Assembly (NCBI GenBank): GCA_018697035.1
Contig: JABHSE010000001.1
Coordinates: 29,653 to 93,652 of the forward strand
Length of the DNA stretch: 64,000 nucleotides
Direction of reading: 5' to 3'
Source of the DNA: an archaeon
Lineage (GTDB): Archaea; Nanobdellota; Nanobdellia; Pacearchaeales; GW2011-AR1
The notes under the pieces are model-generated. The model saw nothing but the letters and a program-made list of their open reading frames with translations, was not told the DNA's origin and searched no databases. Shown here piece after piece: positions 1-7,404 of the stretch. Every line of letters starts with the position of its first letter. Positions within the stretch are counted from its first letter, which is position 1. The translations under genes were made by a program, and so were the position numbers.

Positions 1-312
1 TCTTATGATGAGCCGTTTGCGGAGGAGAGGTTTCGGGAGATGGGAGAGGAGGAACATATTGAATGGAAGTCTGGGATGATGAGGAAAGATAGGGAAAATC
101 TTAAGCCACAGGATGCGGTTTTGGTTTTGAATCTTGAGAAGAATGGGATTCCTAATTATATTGGAGGGGCTACTTTTTTGGAGGTTTATATGGCTTGGGA
201 TTTGGGGAAGAAGATATTTTTTTATAATCAATTGCCTGATTGTTCGTTTACGGATGAGTTGGTGGGGATTAATCCCGTTGTGATAAATGGAGAGTTGGGG
301 TTGGTGCGATGA
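1..312 (+). CDS. hypothetical protein, 5'-truncated by window edge
   Basis: Frame stays open from base 1 to the stop at 312. No recognisable motif. Confidence 0.4.
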   Translation, partial: SYDEPFAEERFREMGEEEHIEWKSGMMRKDRENLKPQDAVLVLNLEKNGIPNYIGGATFLEVYMAWDLGKKIFFYNQLPDCSFTDELVGINPVVINGELGLVR

Positions 313-548
313 GAGGTTTGGATAAAAATGGTATGCCCATAGCAGAAGGTGTTTATTTGGTTAAAGAGACTGGATATTGTAGTGGTGAAGAAACGATAGA
401 CGTTTATGATCATCCGATTAAAGGATTATCTTGTTTTAGTGAAGATTTTGGATCTGCTGGAACTGGAATCGATGATGAGTGTGATTGTCATGTTTCTGTT
501 CAGAACACTGGGATGGAATTTATTAAAAGAGTGAGGGATTTGGATTAA
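309..548 (+). CDS. hypothetical protein (79 aa)
   Basis: ORF on the coding-biased strand. Its start overlaps the upstream stop in an ATGA arrangement. No motif recognised. Confidence 0.3.
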   Translation: MRGLDKNGMPIAEGVYLVKETGYCSGEETIDVYDHPIKGLSCFSEDFGSAGTGIDDECDCHVSVQNTGMEFIKRVRDLD

Positions 549-549
549 G

Positions 550-1743
550 ATGATGAATTTGAAGAATGTGCCGTGGTGTGAGAAGTATCGGGTTCATGAG
601 CTGGCGGATATTAAGGGGCAGGAGTTGGCGGTTGATAAGATTAAGTTTTTTTTGAAGAGTTTCCCAAAGAAGAAGGCGATTTGTTTGCATGGGCCTCCGG
701 GTGTTGGGAAGACTAGTTTGGCTTATGCTGTTGCGGGGGAGATGGGAGCGGAGATTTTGGAGCTTAATGCATCTGACTTTCGGAATAAGGCGAAAATTGG
801 AGAGATTGTTGGGCCGGCAAGTCGTCAAGCCAGTTTGTTTGGGAAGGGGAAGATTATTTTGATTGATGAGGTCGATGGTATTTCGGCGATGAAGGATAGG
901 GGTGGTTTGGCTGAGTTGTTGGGGTTGTTGGAAAAGAGTGCGTTTCCGATTGTTATTACGGCTAATGATATTTGGAATAAGAAGTTTAGCATGCTTCGGA
1001 AGAAGGCGGAGGTTGTCGCGATGACGGGGGTTGAACATAAGGAGATTTTGAAAATTTTGATGGAGGTTTGCGAGAGCGAGAATTGTGTTGTGTCTGGGGA
1101 TGTTTTGCGAGGGATTGCGATTCGTGCGAGAGGTGATATCCGTGCGGCTTTGAATGATTTAGAGGTTTTATCGAAGATGGATAGCGAGAGTTTGATGCAA
1201 GAGGTTGGAGATAGGGATAGGGAGAAGTCGGTTTTTGATGCGTTGAAGAAGGTGTTTCAGGGGACTGGGATTGATGATGAGATGCTCAGGGTTTATGATG
1301 ATGTTAATATGCCGATTGATGATTTGTTTTTGTGGGTTGAAGAGAATTTGGCGGTTGCTTATCAGGGAGAGGAATTGTGTTTGGCTTTAGATCGTTTGAG
1401 TTTGGCGGATGTTTATCGGGGGAGGATTCGGAGGCAGAGGCACTATCGGTTTATGGTTTATGAGTATTTTTTGCTTGGAGCTGGGATTGCTAGTGTTAAG
1501 AAGTATGAGCGGGGAGGCTGGGTTCAGTATAAGAAGCCGTCAAGGATTTTGAAGATTTGGTTGCAGAATCAGAGGGCTGCGAAGAAGAAGTCGATTTGTG
1601 AGAAGTATGCTAAGGTGGCTCATGTTTCTGTTAAGGGGGCTATGAAGGATTTTTTGTTGTTGCGGTTGATTCTTGGAGATGGGAAAGTTAGGAAGGAGTT
1701 GGATTTGAGTGGGGATGAGATTTTGTATTTGGATAAGGTTTAG
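550..1743 (+). CDS. rfcL: replication factor C large subunit (AAA+ clamp loader)
   Basis: Walker A GPPGVGKT and an ILIDEVDGI box. The N-terminal ELADIKGQELAVDKIKFFL and overall layout are typical of archaeal RFC-L. 397 aa. Confidence 0.8.
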   Translation: MMNLKNVPWCEKYRVHELADIKGQELAVDKIKFFLKSFPKKKAICLHGPPGVGKTSLAYAVAGEMGAEILELNASDFRNKAKIGEIVGPASRQASLFGKGKIILIDEVDGISAMKDRGGLAELLGLLEKSAFPIVITANDIWNKKFSMLRKKAEVVAMTGVEHKEILKILMEVCESENCVVSGDVLRGIAIRARGDIRAALNDLEVLSKMDSESLMQEVGDRDREKSVFDALKKVFQGTGIDDEMLRVYDDVNMPIDDLFLWVEENLAVAYQGEELCLALDRLSLADVYRGRIRRQRHYRFMVYEYFLLGAGIASVKKYERGGWVQYKKPSRILKIWLQNQRAAKKKSICEKYAKVAHVSVKGAMKDFLLLRLILGDGKVRKELDLSGDEILYLDKV

Positions 1744-1815
1744 GCTTCTATGAGATATTGAGACTAAGTTGATTATATTGTATAAGTTTTAATAATATTA
1801 AGTTTTGGTTTTGTT

Positions 1816-2376
1816 ATGAGTGGTGATTTGGTTCGTAATTTTTTGAGGGAATCTAATGCTATTGAGAGTGAGTATGGTGATGTTGCGTTTGAGGATTCGG
1901 TTGAGGCTTGGAATTATGCTTTGGATAGGTATAATGATTTCGGGATTGATTATGTTTGTGGGATTCATGAGCGGTTGATGAAGAGGTTGAACGTGGGGAT
2001 TGCTGGGAAGTTGAGGCGGAAGAAGATCTATATTGTTGGGCGAAATAGGGATGGGCGACAAGTTATTATTCGAGAAATTGAAGCTAAGGGAAATAAGCCG
2101 CGTTTGCGTAAGTGGTGTGAAAGGTATAATGATATTAGGGATTTGATTGAAATAAAGGAAGCGCATATTGATTTTGAGATGATTCATCCTTTTGCAGATG
2201 GAAATGGTAGGGTTGGTAGGATTTTATATAATGTTCAGAGAGTTAATGTTGGGGAAGATGTTAGAGTGTTTTGGGAGAGGGAGAAGGGAAATTATTACGA
2301 GTGGTTTGTTGATAGGCGGAAACGGAATATGTGGATTGAATTGTATATGGGATTAGATAAGGAAAAAAATAATTAA
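1816..2376 (+). CDS. Fic/Doc family protein (putative AMPylase)
   Basis: Canonical Fic motif HPFADGNGRVGR, i.e. HPFx[DE]GNGRxxR. An N-terminal SNAIES resembles the inhibitory [ST]xxxE[GN] helix. Confidence 0.7.
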   Translation: MSGDLVRNFLRESNAIESEYGDVAFEDSVEAWNYALDRYNDFGIDYVCGIHERLMKRLNVGIAGKLRRKKIYIVGRNRDGRQVIIREIEAKGNKPRLRKWCERYNDIRDLIEIKEAHIDFEMIHPFADGNGRVGRILYNVQRVNVGEDVRVFWEREKGNYYEWFVDRRKRNMWIELYMGLDKEKNN

Positions 2377-3308
2377 CAATTGCCTTGTGCTTGAACTTCT
2401 GTTGCATCTAAAGCATTAGCACATTCTTCTGGAGCTTCATTATATGCGGAACAGATTGCTGTTTTGATTGCTTCTGCTGTTCTTGCTACGTTTGCTTTTA
2501 CGCCGTTGATTAGTATTGTTGGAGATCCTGTTACTCCATTAGCTTGAGCTTGTGCTCTGTCTGCATCGATTAATGCTGTTCCTTTTTCTTCTACACAAGA
2601 CATTACTGCGGATGAATCAATTCCAAGGGAGTCCATTAATTTGATTGATTCTGTTTCGTCACACTCGATGTCTCTTGATTGTCCACATACTGGATATATA
2701 TCTGTTACGAATCCTGCTGCGTAGTCCCAGTAGTTTTCGTTATCTAGCTCTTGAATACAGGCCTGGATTTTATTTTGTTGAGTTTCGTATGCTCCGTGTC
2801 CGTCGTGATACATGATTGCCTTGAAGTCTGCCTTACCTGCTAGTAGAGATGCAACTTCTGCGAAAGGGTCTTGTGCCATAACTCCGTAAGGGCAGTATGA
2901 CCAGATGAATAAGTCTACGATTGGTTTGTCTGATTTTGGAACTTCTGTTGGTGTTGGAGCATCTGGTGTTTCAGAAGCTGGTTGTGTTTCAAGTGAGATT
3001 GGTTGAGGGACTAGAGTTTTCCCGTCCTTTGTTACATATACTGGAACTTCTTGGTCCTCTATCATTAGAACTATTTCGTATAATGAGCCGTCGTCTGATG
3101 CGCTTATTAATTCTGCGTTAGCTCCTTGTGCGTTCGCGAAGTCTAATACTTTTTGTCCTGCCGTTTCTGGAGATACGATTGTGCCTGATGTTGAACCTGT
3201 TAGAAGTGTTGCTATTAATATGATTGCTAGAACTGCTGTTGAAATTGTCCAGTAGTTTTGTGATAGTGTTTTTAGGATGTCGTTTTTACCACTTTTTTTC
3301 TTTGTCAT
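2373..3308 (-). CDS. membrane-anchored thioredoxin-fold protein (DsbA-like thiol:disulfide oxidoreductase)
   Basis: An N-terminal TM helix (ISTAVLAIILIATLL) followed by a thioredoxin-fold active site, SYCPYG (CPYG). Confidence 0.45.
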   Translation of the reverse strand: MTKKKSGKNDILKTLSQNYWTISTAVLAIILIATLLTGSTSGTIVSPETAGQKVLDFANAQGANAELISASDDGSLYEIVLMIEDQEVPVYVTKDGKTLVPQPISLETQPASETPDAPTPTEVPKSDKPIVDLFIWSYCPYGVMAQDPFAEVASLLAGKADFKAIMYHDGHGAYETQQNKIQACIQELDNENYWDYAAGFVTDIYPVCGQSRDIECDETESIKLMDSLGIDSSAVMSCVEEKGTALIDADRAQAQANGVTGSPTILINGVKANVARTAEAIKTAICSAYNEAPEECANALDATEVQAQGNC

Positions 3309-3358
3309 ATTTTCTTGAGATTAGAATTGTTTATAAATCTTTTGCAGTAATTAGTTTC

Positions 3359-4291
3359 ATGGACATTGAAGGTAAAGTTGTCGAGACTGTTGAGGAATAT
3401 GATTTGATGGTTAAGAAAGATAAGGTTGTTGTGGCTTTGTCTGGGGGGAAGGATTCGACGTCTGTCTTATATATATTGAAGAAGCTGGGTTATGATGTTC
3501 ATGGGTTGATGATTGATTTGTATTTGGGTGAGTGGTCTGAGATTCACAAGAAGAATATGACTCGGTTTTGTGAGGAATTAGATGTGCCTCTGACTGTTGT
3601 TGATTTGAAGAAGGAAATTGGGCAGGGGATTTGTTTTGTTAAGGCTGTGTTAGCGAAGAAGAAAGGGTTGACGGGGTGTACGGTTTGTGGGATTATTAAG
3701 CGGTGGGTTTTGAATAAGTGGGCTCGGAAGCTTGGTGCTGATGTTATTGTGACTGGACATAATTTGGATGATGAGGCACAGAATGTTTTGATGAATTACC
3801 TCAAAGGTAACGTGAGTCTCGGAGCAGGACTTGCTCCGATGACGGGTGGTTCACAATTAAAGATTGTGGGTGGTTCAAGCTCGGAGAGCTCGGGTGGTTC
3901 AGAATTAGAGATTCTGGGGGGTTCAGCTTCGCTGGGGGCTTGTGTAGCCAAGAACCAAGAACCAAGAACCAAGAACCAATTAAATTTTGTGCAGAGGGTC
4001 AAGCCTTTGTTTTTTGTGCCGGAGAGTGAGGTTCGAAAGTTTGCTGAGGATATGAAGTTTGATATTTTGTATGACAGGTGTCCTTGTGCGTTTGGGACAT
4101 ATCGGGTTGATACGAGGGGATGGATGGTGGAGAATATGAAAGACGAAGATAAGTTGAAGGTTGTTGAGGGGTTTATGGAGAGTGTTGGTGGGATGAAGAA
4201 GGATGATCGAGAGGTTAGGAGTTGTGAGGTTTGTGGTGAGGTTTCGCGAGGGAAGGTTTGCAAGTTTTGTGAGATTGTTCAGTGTGTTTGA
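3359..4291 (+). CDS. PP-loop ATPase of the TtuA/NcsA/TtcA tRNA-thiolation family, with an internal repeat insertion
   Basis: PP-loop SGGKDS. C-terminal CxxC...CxxC (CEVCGEV..CKFCE). A TATA box at 3331-3340 supports ATG 3359 over the track start at 3224. Confidence 0.65.
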   Translation: MDIEGKVVETVEEYDLMVKKDKVVVALSGGKDSTSVLYILKKLGYDVHGLMIDLYLGEWSEIHKKNMTRFCEELDVPLTVVDLKKEIGQGICFVKAVLAKKKGLTGCTVCGIIKRWVLNKWARKLGADVIVTGHNLDDEAQNVLMNYLKGNVSLGAGLAPMTGGSQLKIVGGSSSESSGGSELEILGGSASLGACVAKNQEPRTKNQLNFVQRVKPLFFVPESEVRKFAEDMKFDILYDRCPCAFGTYRVDTRGWMVENMKDEDKLKVVEGFMESVGGMKKDDREVRSCEVCGEVSRGKVCKFCEIVQCV

Positions 4292-4344
4292 TTTGTATAT
4301 TAGAGTACACATTTTTTTAAAAGTGGAAGTTGTTTGTTTTTTGT

Positions 4345-4827
4345 ATGATAAATCAGCGTCAGTTTGGAGATATGCTTATTGAGGATGGATTGGTCTGTAA
4401 GAATTATGAAAGTGCTAAAGAGTTGAAAGTTGGAATGGAGAATTTTTTAGACGATGATTTTAAGATATGGCTTTCTTATGGAGATAGGACTCTTGGTTTG
4501 ACGGATAGTGATGCGTTGTATCCTTTGACTAATCACGATAGGGCTAATGTTTGTAATTATTTGCATTTTGTGGATAGTGTCGCGAAAGCTGAAGAGGGTG
4601 GTGTTTCCTATGTGGGAGATGGTAGGATTCATCTTGAGCATCTTGATGGAAGGTTGCATACCGAGAATAACGGTGATTTTGTGATGCATTTTGGTTTGGG
4701 GGAGTATGTTAATTGGGGTATTGATTTTCATCTTTCAGCTGGAGAGCTTGGTAAGAAGTATAGTACGAAGATAAGTAGGCACTCTACTTTGATTGATGAT
4801 GTTGCTCAGAAGTGTTTTGGTTTGTAA
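4345..4827 (+). CDS. hypothetical protein
   Basis: ORF downstream of an A/T-rich promoter-like stretch at about 4310. No motif recognised. Confidence 0.4.
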   Translation: MINQRQFGDMLIEDGLVCKNYESAKELKVGMENFLDDDFKIWLSYGDRTLGLTDSDALYPLTNHDRANVCNYLHFVDSVAKAEEGGVSYVGDGRIHLEHLDGRLHTENNGDFVMHFGLGEYVNWGIDFHLSAGELGKKYSTKISRHSTLIDDVAQKCFGL

Positions 4828-4842
4828 GTGAAGTGTAGATAT

Positions 4843-4853
4843 TTTTATAAAGA
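4843..4853 (+). promoter_or_regulatory. TATA box tttttataaag for thyA-like gene
   Basis: About 26 nt upstream of ATG 4874. The same 10-mer precedes many genes in the window. Confidence 0.5.
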
Positions 4854-4873
4854 TTGGAGTTTTTTGTTTTGGT

Positions 4874-5932
4874 ATGATTGATGAGGCAGGTAGAAAAGAA
4901 AGTGAATGGCAAGAATATTGTTCTGAGTTCAGGGGTGATGGTTCTGACTTGGAAGGGATTTTTTTAGAGAGGCAGAGTGAGGGTAAGGTTGGTGTGATGT
5001 CTCCAGGTGGAAATGGGAATATTCCTCTTCTTTTTTCTCGAGGTGGAGCATTGGCTGAGGCTTGGGAGAATTCCTTGATTGCTTTGGCTGCTCGAGGTGG
5101 GTTTGTTCGAACACAGTATGATGATAAAAATTCTGAAAATGGACTTTATCTTTCTCCTCCTAGTATTGATGCTACGATGAGTGTAATTGTTGAAGCTCCT
5201 TCTTCTGATCCTATGATTCATAAGTCTTTCCCGGGAGGATTGGAAGATTTGGAAGAATATCGTCAAGAGGTTTTAGATGGGATTAAAGATCATTGGGTAA
5301 GAGATCAGAATAATCCTGATGATAAGAGGTGGGAGTATACTTATCATGAACGTATGTTTGGATATAAAGTTCCGGGATTGAAAGGGTCTATTGATCAAGT
5401 TGAAAATATGATTGGTAATTTGGCTAGGAGTCCGATTACTCGTAGGGCTCAGGCAACTTCTTGGAAAGTATGGGAAGATTTGAATATTTCAGATCCAGCT
5501 TGCTTCCAGTCCTTGTGGGGTAGGATTTTGAGGACGAATGATGAATTTAAATTTTATTCGAATGAATCTGATGGTGAGCAAAAGTTGAACCTTAATATGA
5601 GGTTTAGAAGTAGGGATGCTTATGATGCAGCTTTTATGAATAACTTTGCTTTTATTAATTTGGCAGAATATATGGCTGGTGAAATTTCTGGTAGACAGGG
5701 TGAAAAAGTTGAACTAGGAAGGTTTGAAGATAAATCTGATTCTTATCATATTTATGGGAAGAGACTTGAAGATTTTGGAAGTCGTTTTGTGAAATCTATA
5801 TCTAATCGTTCTTTTGAGGATAGAACTTGGGATAGAGCCTTTGTTCAACCATTTTTTGATGCAGCAAAGTCTACGATAATTGAGAAGGTTAAGGCTCAGG
5901 ATTTGAAATATTGTGATCAAGGTTTGAAGTAG
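4874..5932 (+). CDS. thyA: thymidylate synthase (ThyA family), long form with about 100-aa N-terminal extension
   Basis: Catalytic Cys in PACFQSLWG aligns with E. coli PCHAFFQFYV. RSRDAYDAAFMNNFAFINLAEYMAGE aligns with RSCDVFLGLPFNIASYALL, keeping the Asn that reads uracil. DSYHIYG aligns with DTHLYSNH. TATA box at 4843-4853. Confidence 0.6.
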   Translation: MIDEAGRKESEWQEYCSEFRGDGSDLEGIFLERQSEGKVGVMSPGGNGNIPLLFSRGGALAEAWENSLIALAARGGFVRTQYDDKNSENGLYLSPPSIDATMSVIVEAPSSDPMIHKSFPGGLEDLEEYRQEVLDGIKDHWVRDQNNPDDKRWEYTYHERMFGYKVPGLKGSIDQVENMIGNLARSPITRRAQATSWKVWEDLNISDPACFQSLWGRILRTNDEFKFYSNESDGEQKLNLNMRFRSRDAYDAAFMNNFAFINLAEYMAGEISGRQGEKVELGRFEDKSDSYHIYGKRLEDFGSRFVKSISNRSFEDRTWDRAFVQPFFDAAKSTIIEKVKAQDLKYCDQGLK

Positions 5933-5968
5933 TTCTATTATATAGTGTAGTTCATATTTTTTTATAAA

Positions 5969-6766
5969 GTGTTGTGGTTTTTCGGTTGTATGAATAGGGG
6001 GAATTTCATTGTTGTTGATGGTGTTGATGGTGTTGGGAAGAGTGTGATTGAGTTGGCTTTGTTGGAGAGGATTGGTGGGGAGGTTTTTGATAGTGTTTCT
6101 TGGAGTAAAGAGAATTTAGGAGAGCGTCCTGATGTTTCGTTGACTGGTGAGTGTGATGTTGTTTTGACTGCGGAGCCGACTTATTCTGGGTTGGGTTCTG
6201 ATATTCGTAGGACACTTATTTCAAATTTGAAGAGAGGTGTCTTTCCTTATGGGTTGTTGATTGGGGCGTATTCGTTGGATCGTGATATTCAGTTGAGAAA
6301 TTTGGTTCTTCCAGTGCTTGCGAGGGGTCGTGATGTTGTGCAGAGTCGGAGTGTTGCTTCGTCTCTTTGTTATCAGACATTGAGTGCTGAGGACGAGGGT
6401 TTGGATCCTGTCGCTGTTAGGGATGAGGTGTTGAGGTCGACTGGTAATGTTTTTGAGTTGTCGTATGCTCCGGACTTGTTGATTATTCCGACTATTGGTA
6501 AGGTTGAGGATTTGATGTTGAGGTTTGAAGCGAGAGGAAAAAAGGATGATGCTATTTTTGAGAAGATGGATTTTTTGGAGCGGGTTAAGGTTTGTTATGA
6601 AAGTGATTGGTTGCGGGAGATATTTGAGAAATCTGGTAGTGCTGTTGCCTATTTGGATGCGGGGATTTCTATTGAGAGTACGAGAGAGCAGGCTATTGAT
6701 ATTTATGATGCCTGGTTGGCGACGGGAAAAATTCCTAGAGAGTTTAGGAAAATTCCTAGTTCTTAA
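5969..6766 (+). CDS. P-loop nucleotide kinase, thymidylate-kinase-like
   Basis: Walker A FIVVDGVDGVGKS resembles the dTMP kinase FIVxEGxDGxGKST. Lies between thyA-like and nrdR. TATA box at about 5958-5968. Confidence 0.45.
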   Translation: MLWFFGCMNRGNFIVVDGVDGVGKSVIELALLERIGGEVFDSVSWSKENLGERPDVSLTGECDVVLTAEPTYSGLGSDIRRTLISNLKRGVFPYGLLIGAYSLDRDIQLRNLVLPVLARGRDVVQSRSVASSLCYQTLSAEDEGLDPVAVRDEVLRSTGNVFELSYAPDLLIIPTIGKVEDLMLRFEARGKKDDAIFEKMDFLERVKVCYESDWLREIFEKSGSAVAYLDAGISIESTREQAIDIYDAWLATGKIPREFRKIPSS

Positions 6767-6885
6767 AGATGTGTTTTCATTCTTGAAAAGTACTGGTACG
6801 TTTTGATTGTTAACTATTGTGAACGAAAGTGTGTTCTTTATGACAACAATCTTTAAATAGACGAAATATTAGTTTTGTCCCATAG

Positions 6886-6901
6886 CTACAATTTATTGTA
6901 G
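6886..6901 (+). promoter_or_regulatory. perfect 16-bp palindrome CTACAATTTATTGTAG upstream of nrdR-nrdD (candidate NrdR box)
   Basis: Lies about 25-35 nt downstream of a TATA-like ctttaaatag (6851-6860) and 56 nt before the nrdR ATG. The centre CAATnTATTG resembles the bacterial NrdR-box acaCwAtATaTwGtgt. Confidence 0.45.
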
Positions 6902-6956
6902 TTAAAATGAGTGTGATATACCATATATTGTATTCATTGCAAAATAACAAATCAAG

Positions 6957-7397
6957 ATGCTATGTCCATATTGCAATTCAAGTGAAACGAAGGTTACTGA
7001 TAAGCGGGACTCTGGAAGTGAGTCTCGGAGGCGAAGGGAGTGTTTGAAATGTGGGAAGCGGTTTACGACGTATGAGCGGGTTGAGTTGGATATGTATGTT
7101 ATTAAGAAGGATGGGAAGCGAGAGCGGTTTTCGCGGGACAAGTTGTTTAAGGGGATTGAGAACAATTTGCAGAAGCGGCCTTTTAGTAGTGAGCAGATAA
7201 ATTCGATAGTTGATGATATTGAGGCTAGGGTTTATCGGTTTGCGAAAGATAAGGATATTACGAGTAGCAGGGTTGGGGAGTTTGTGTTGGCGAAGTTGAA
7301 GAAAGTGGATAAGGTGGCGTACATTCGGTTTGCGGCGGTCTATCGGGACTTTGCGAATATTGACGAATTCAGTTACGAGCTGAAAAAAATAAAATAA
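6957..7397 (+). CDS. nrdR: transcriptional repressor NrdR (Zn-ribbon + ATP-cone)
   Basis: N-terminus MLCPYCNSSETKVTDKRDSGSESRRRRECLKCGKRFTTYE is the NrdR zinc-ribbon signature. An ATP-cone follows. Confidence 0.8.
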   Translation: MLCPYCNSSETKVTDKRDSGSESRRRRECLKCGKRFTTYERVELDMYVIKKDGKRERFSRDKLFKGIENNLQKRPFSSEQINSIVDDIEARVYRFAKDKDITSSRVGEFVLAKLKKVDKVAYIRFAAVYRDFANIDEFSYELKKIK

Positions 7398-7404
7398 AAA
7401 TAAA

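Noticed and set aside
3224-3358. N-terminal extension of the TtuA-like ORF back to 3224 (MLELLLKLSSSF...).
   Set aside because: It overlaps the convergent thioredoxin-fold gene. A TATA box at 3331-3340 followed by ATG 3359 fits the leaderless pattern seen elsewhere. The PP-loop domain begins right after 3359.
3948-3979. Short tandem repeats (ccaagaa x4.5; ggtggttca units) considered as a possible CRISPR-like or satellite array.
   Set aside because: They are only 7-25-nt units inside a continuous reading frame, with no spacer-repeat architecture. They are reported instead as an in-gene repeat insertion.
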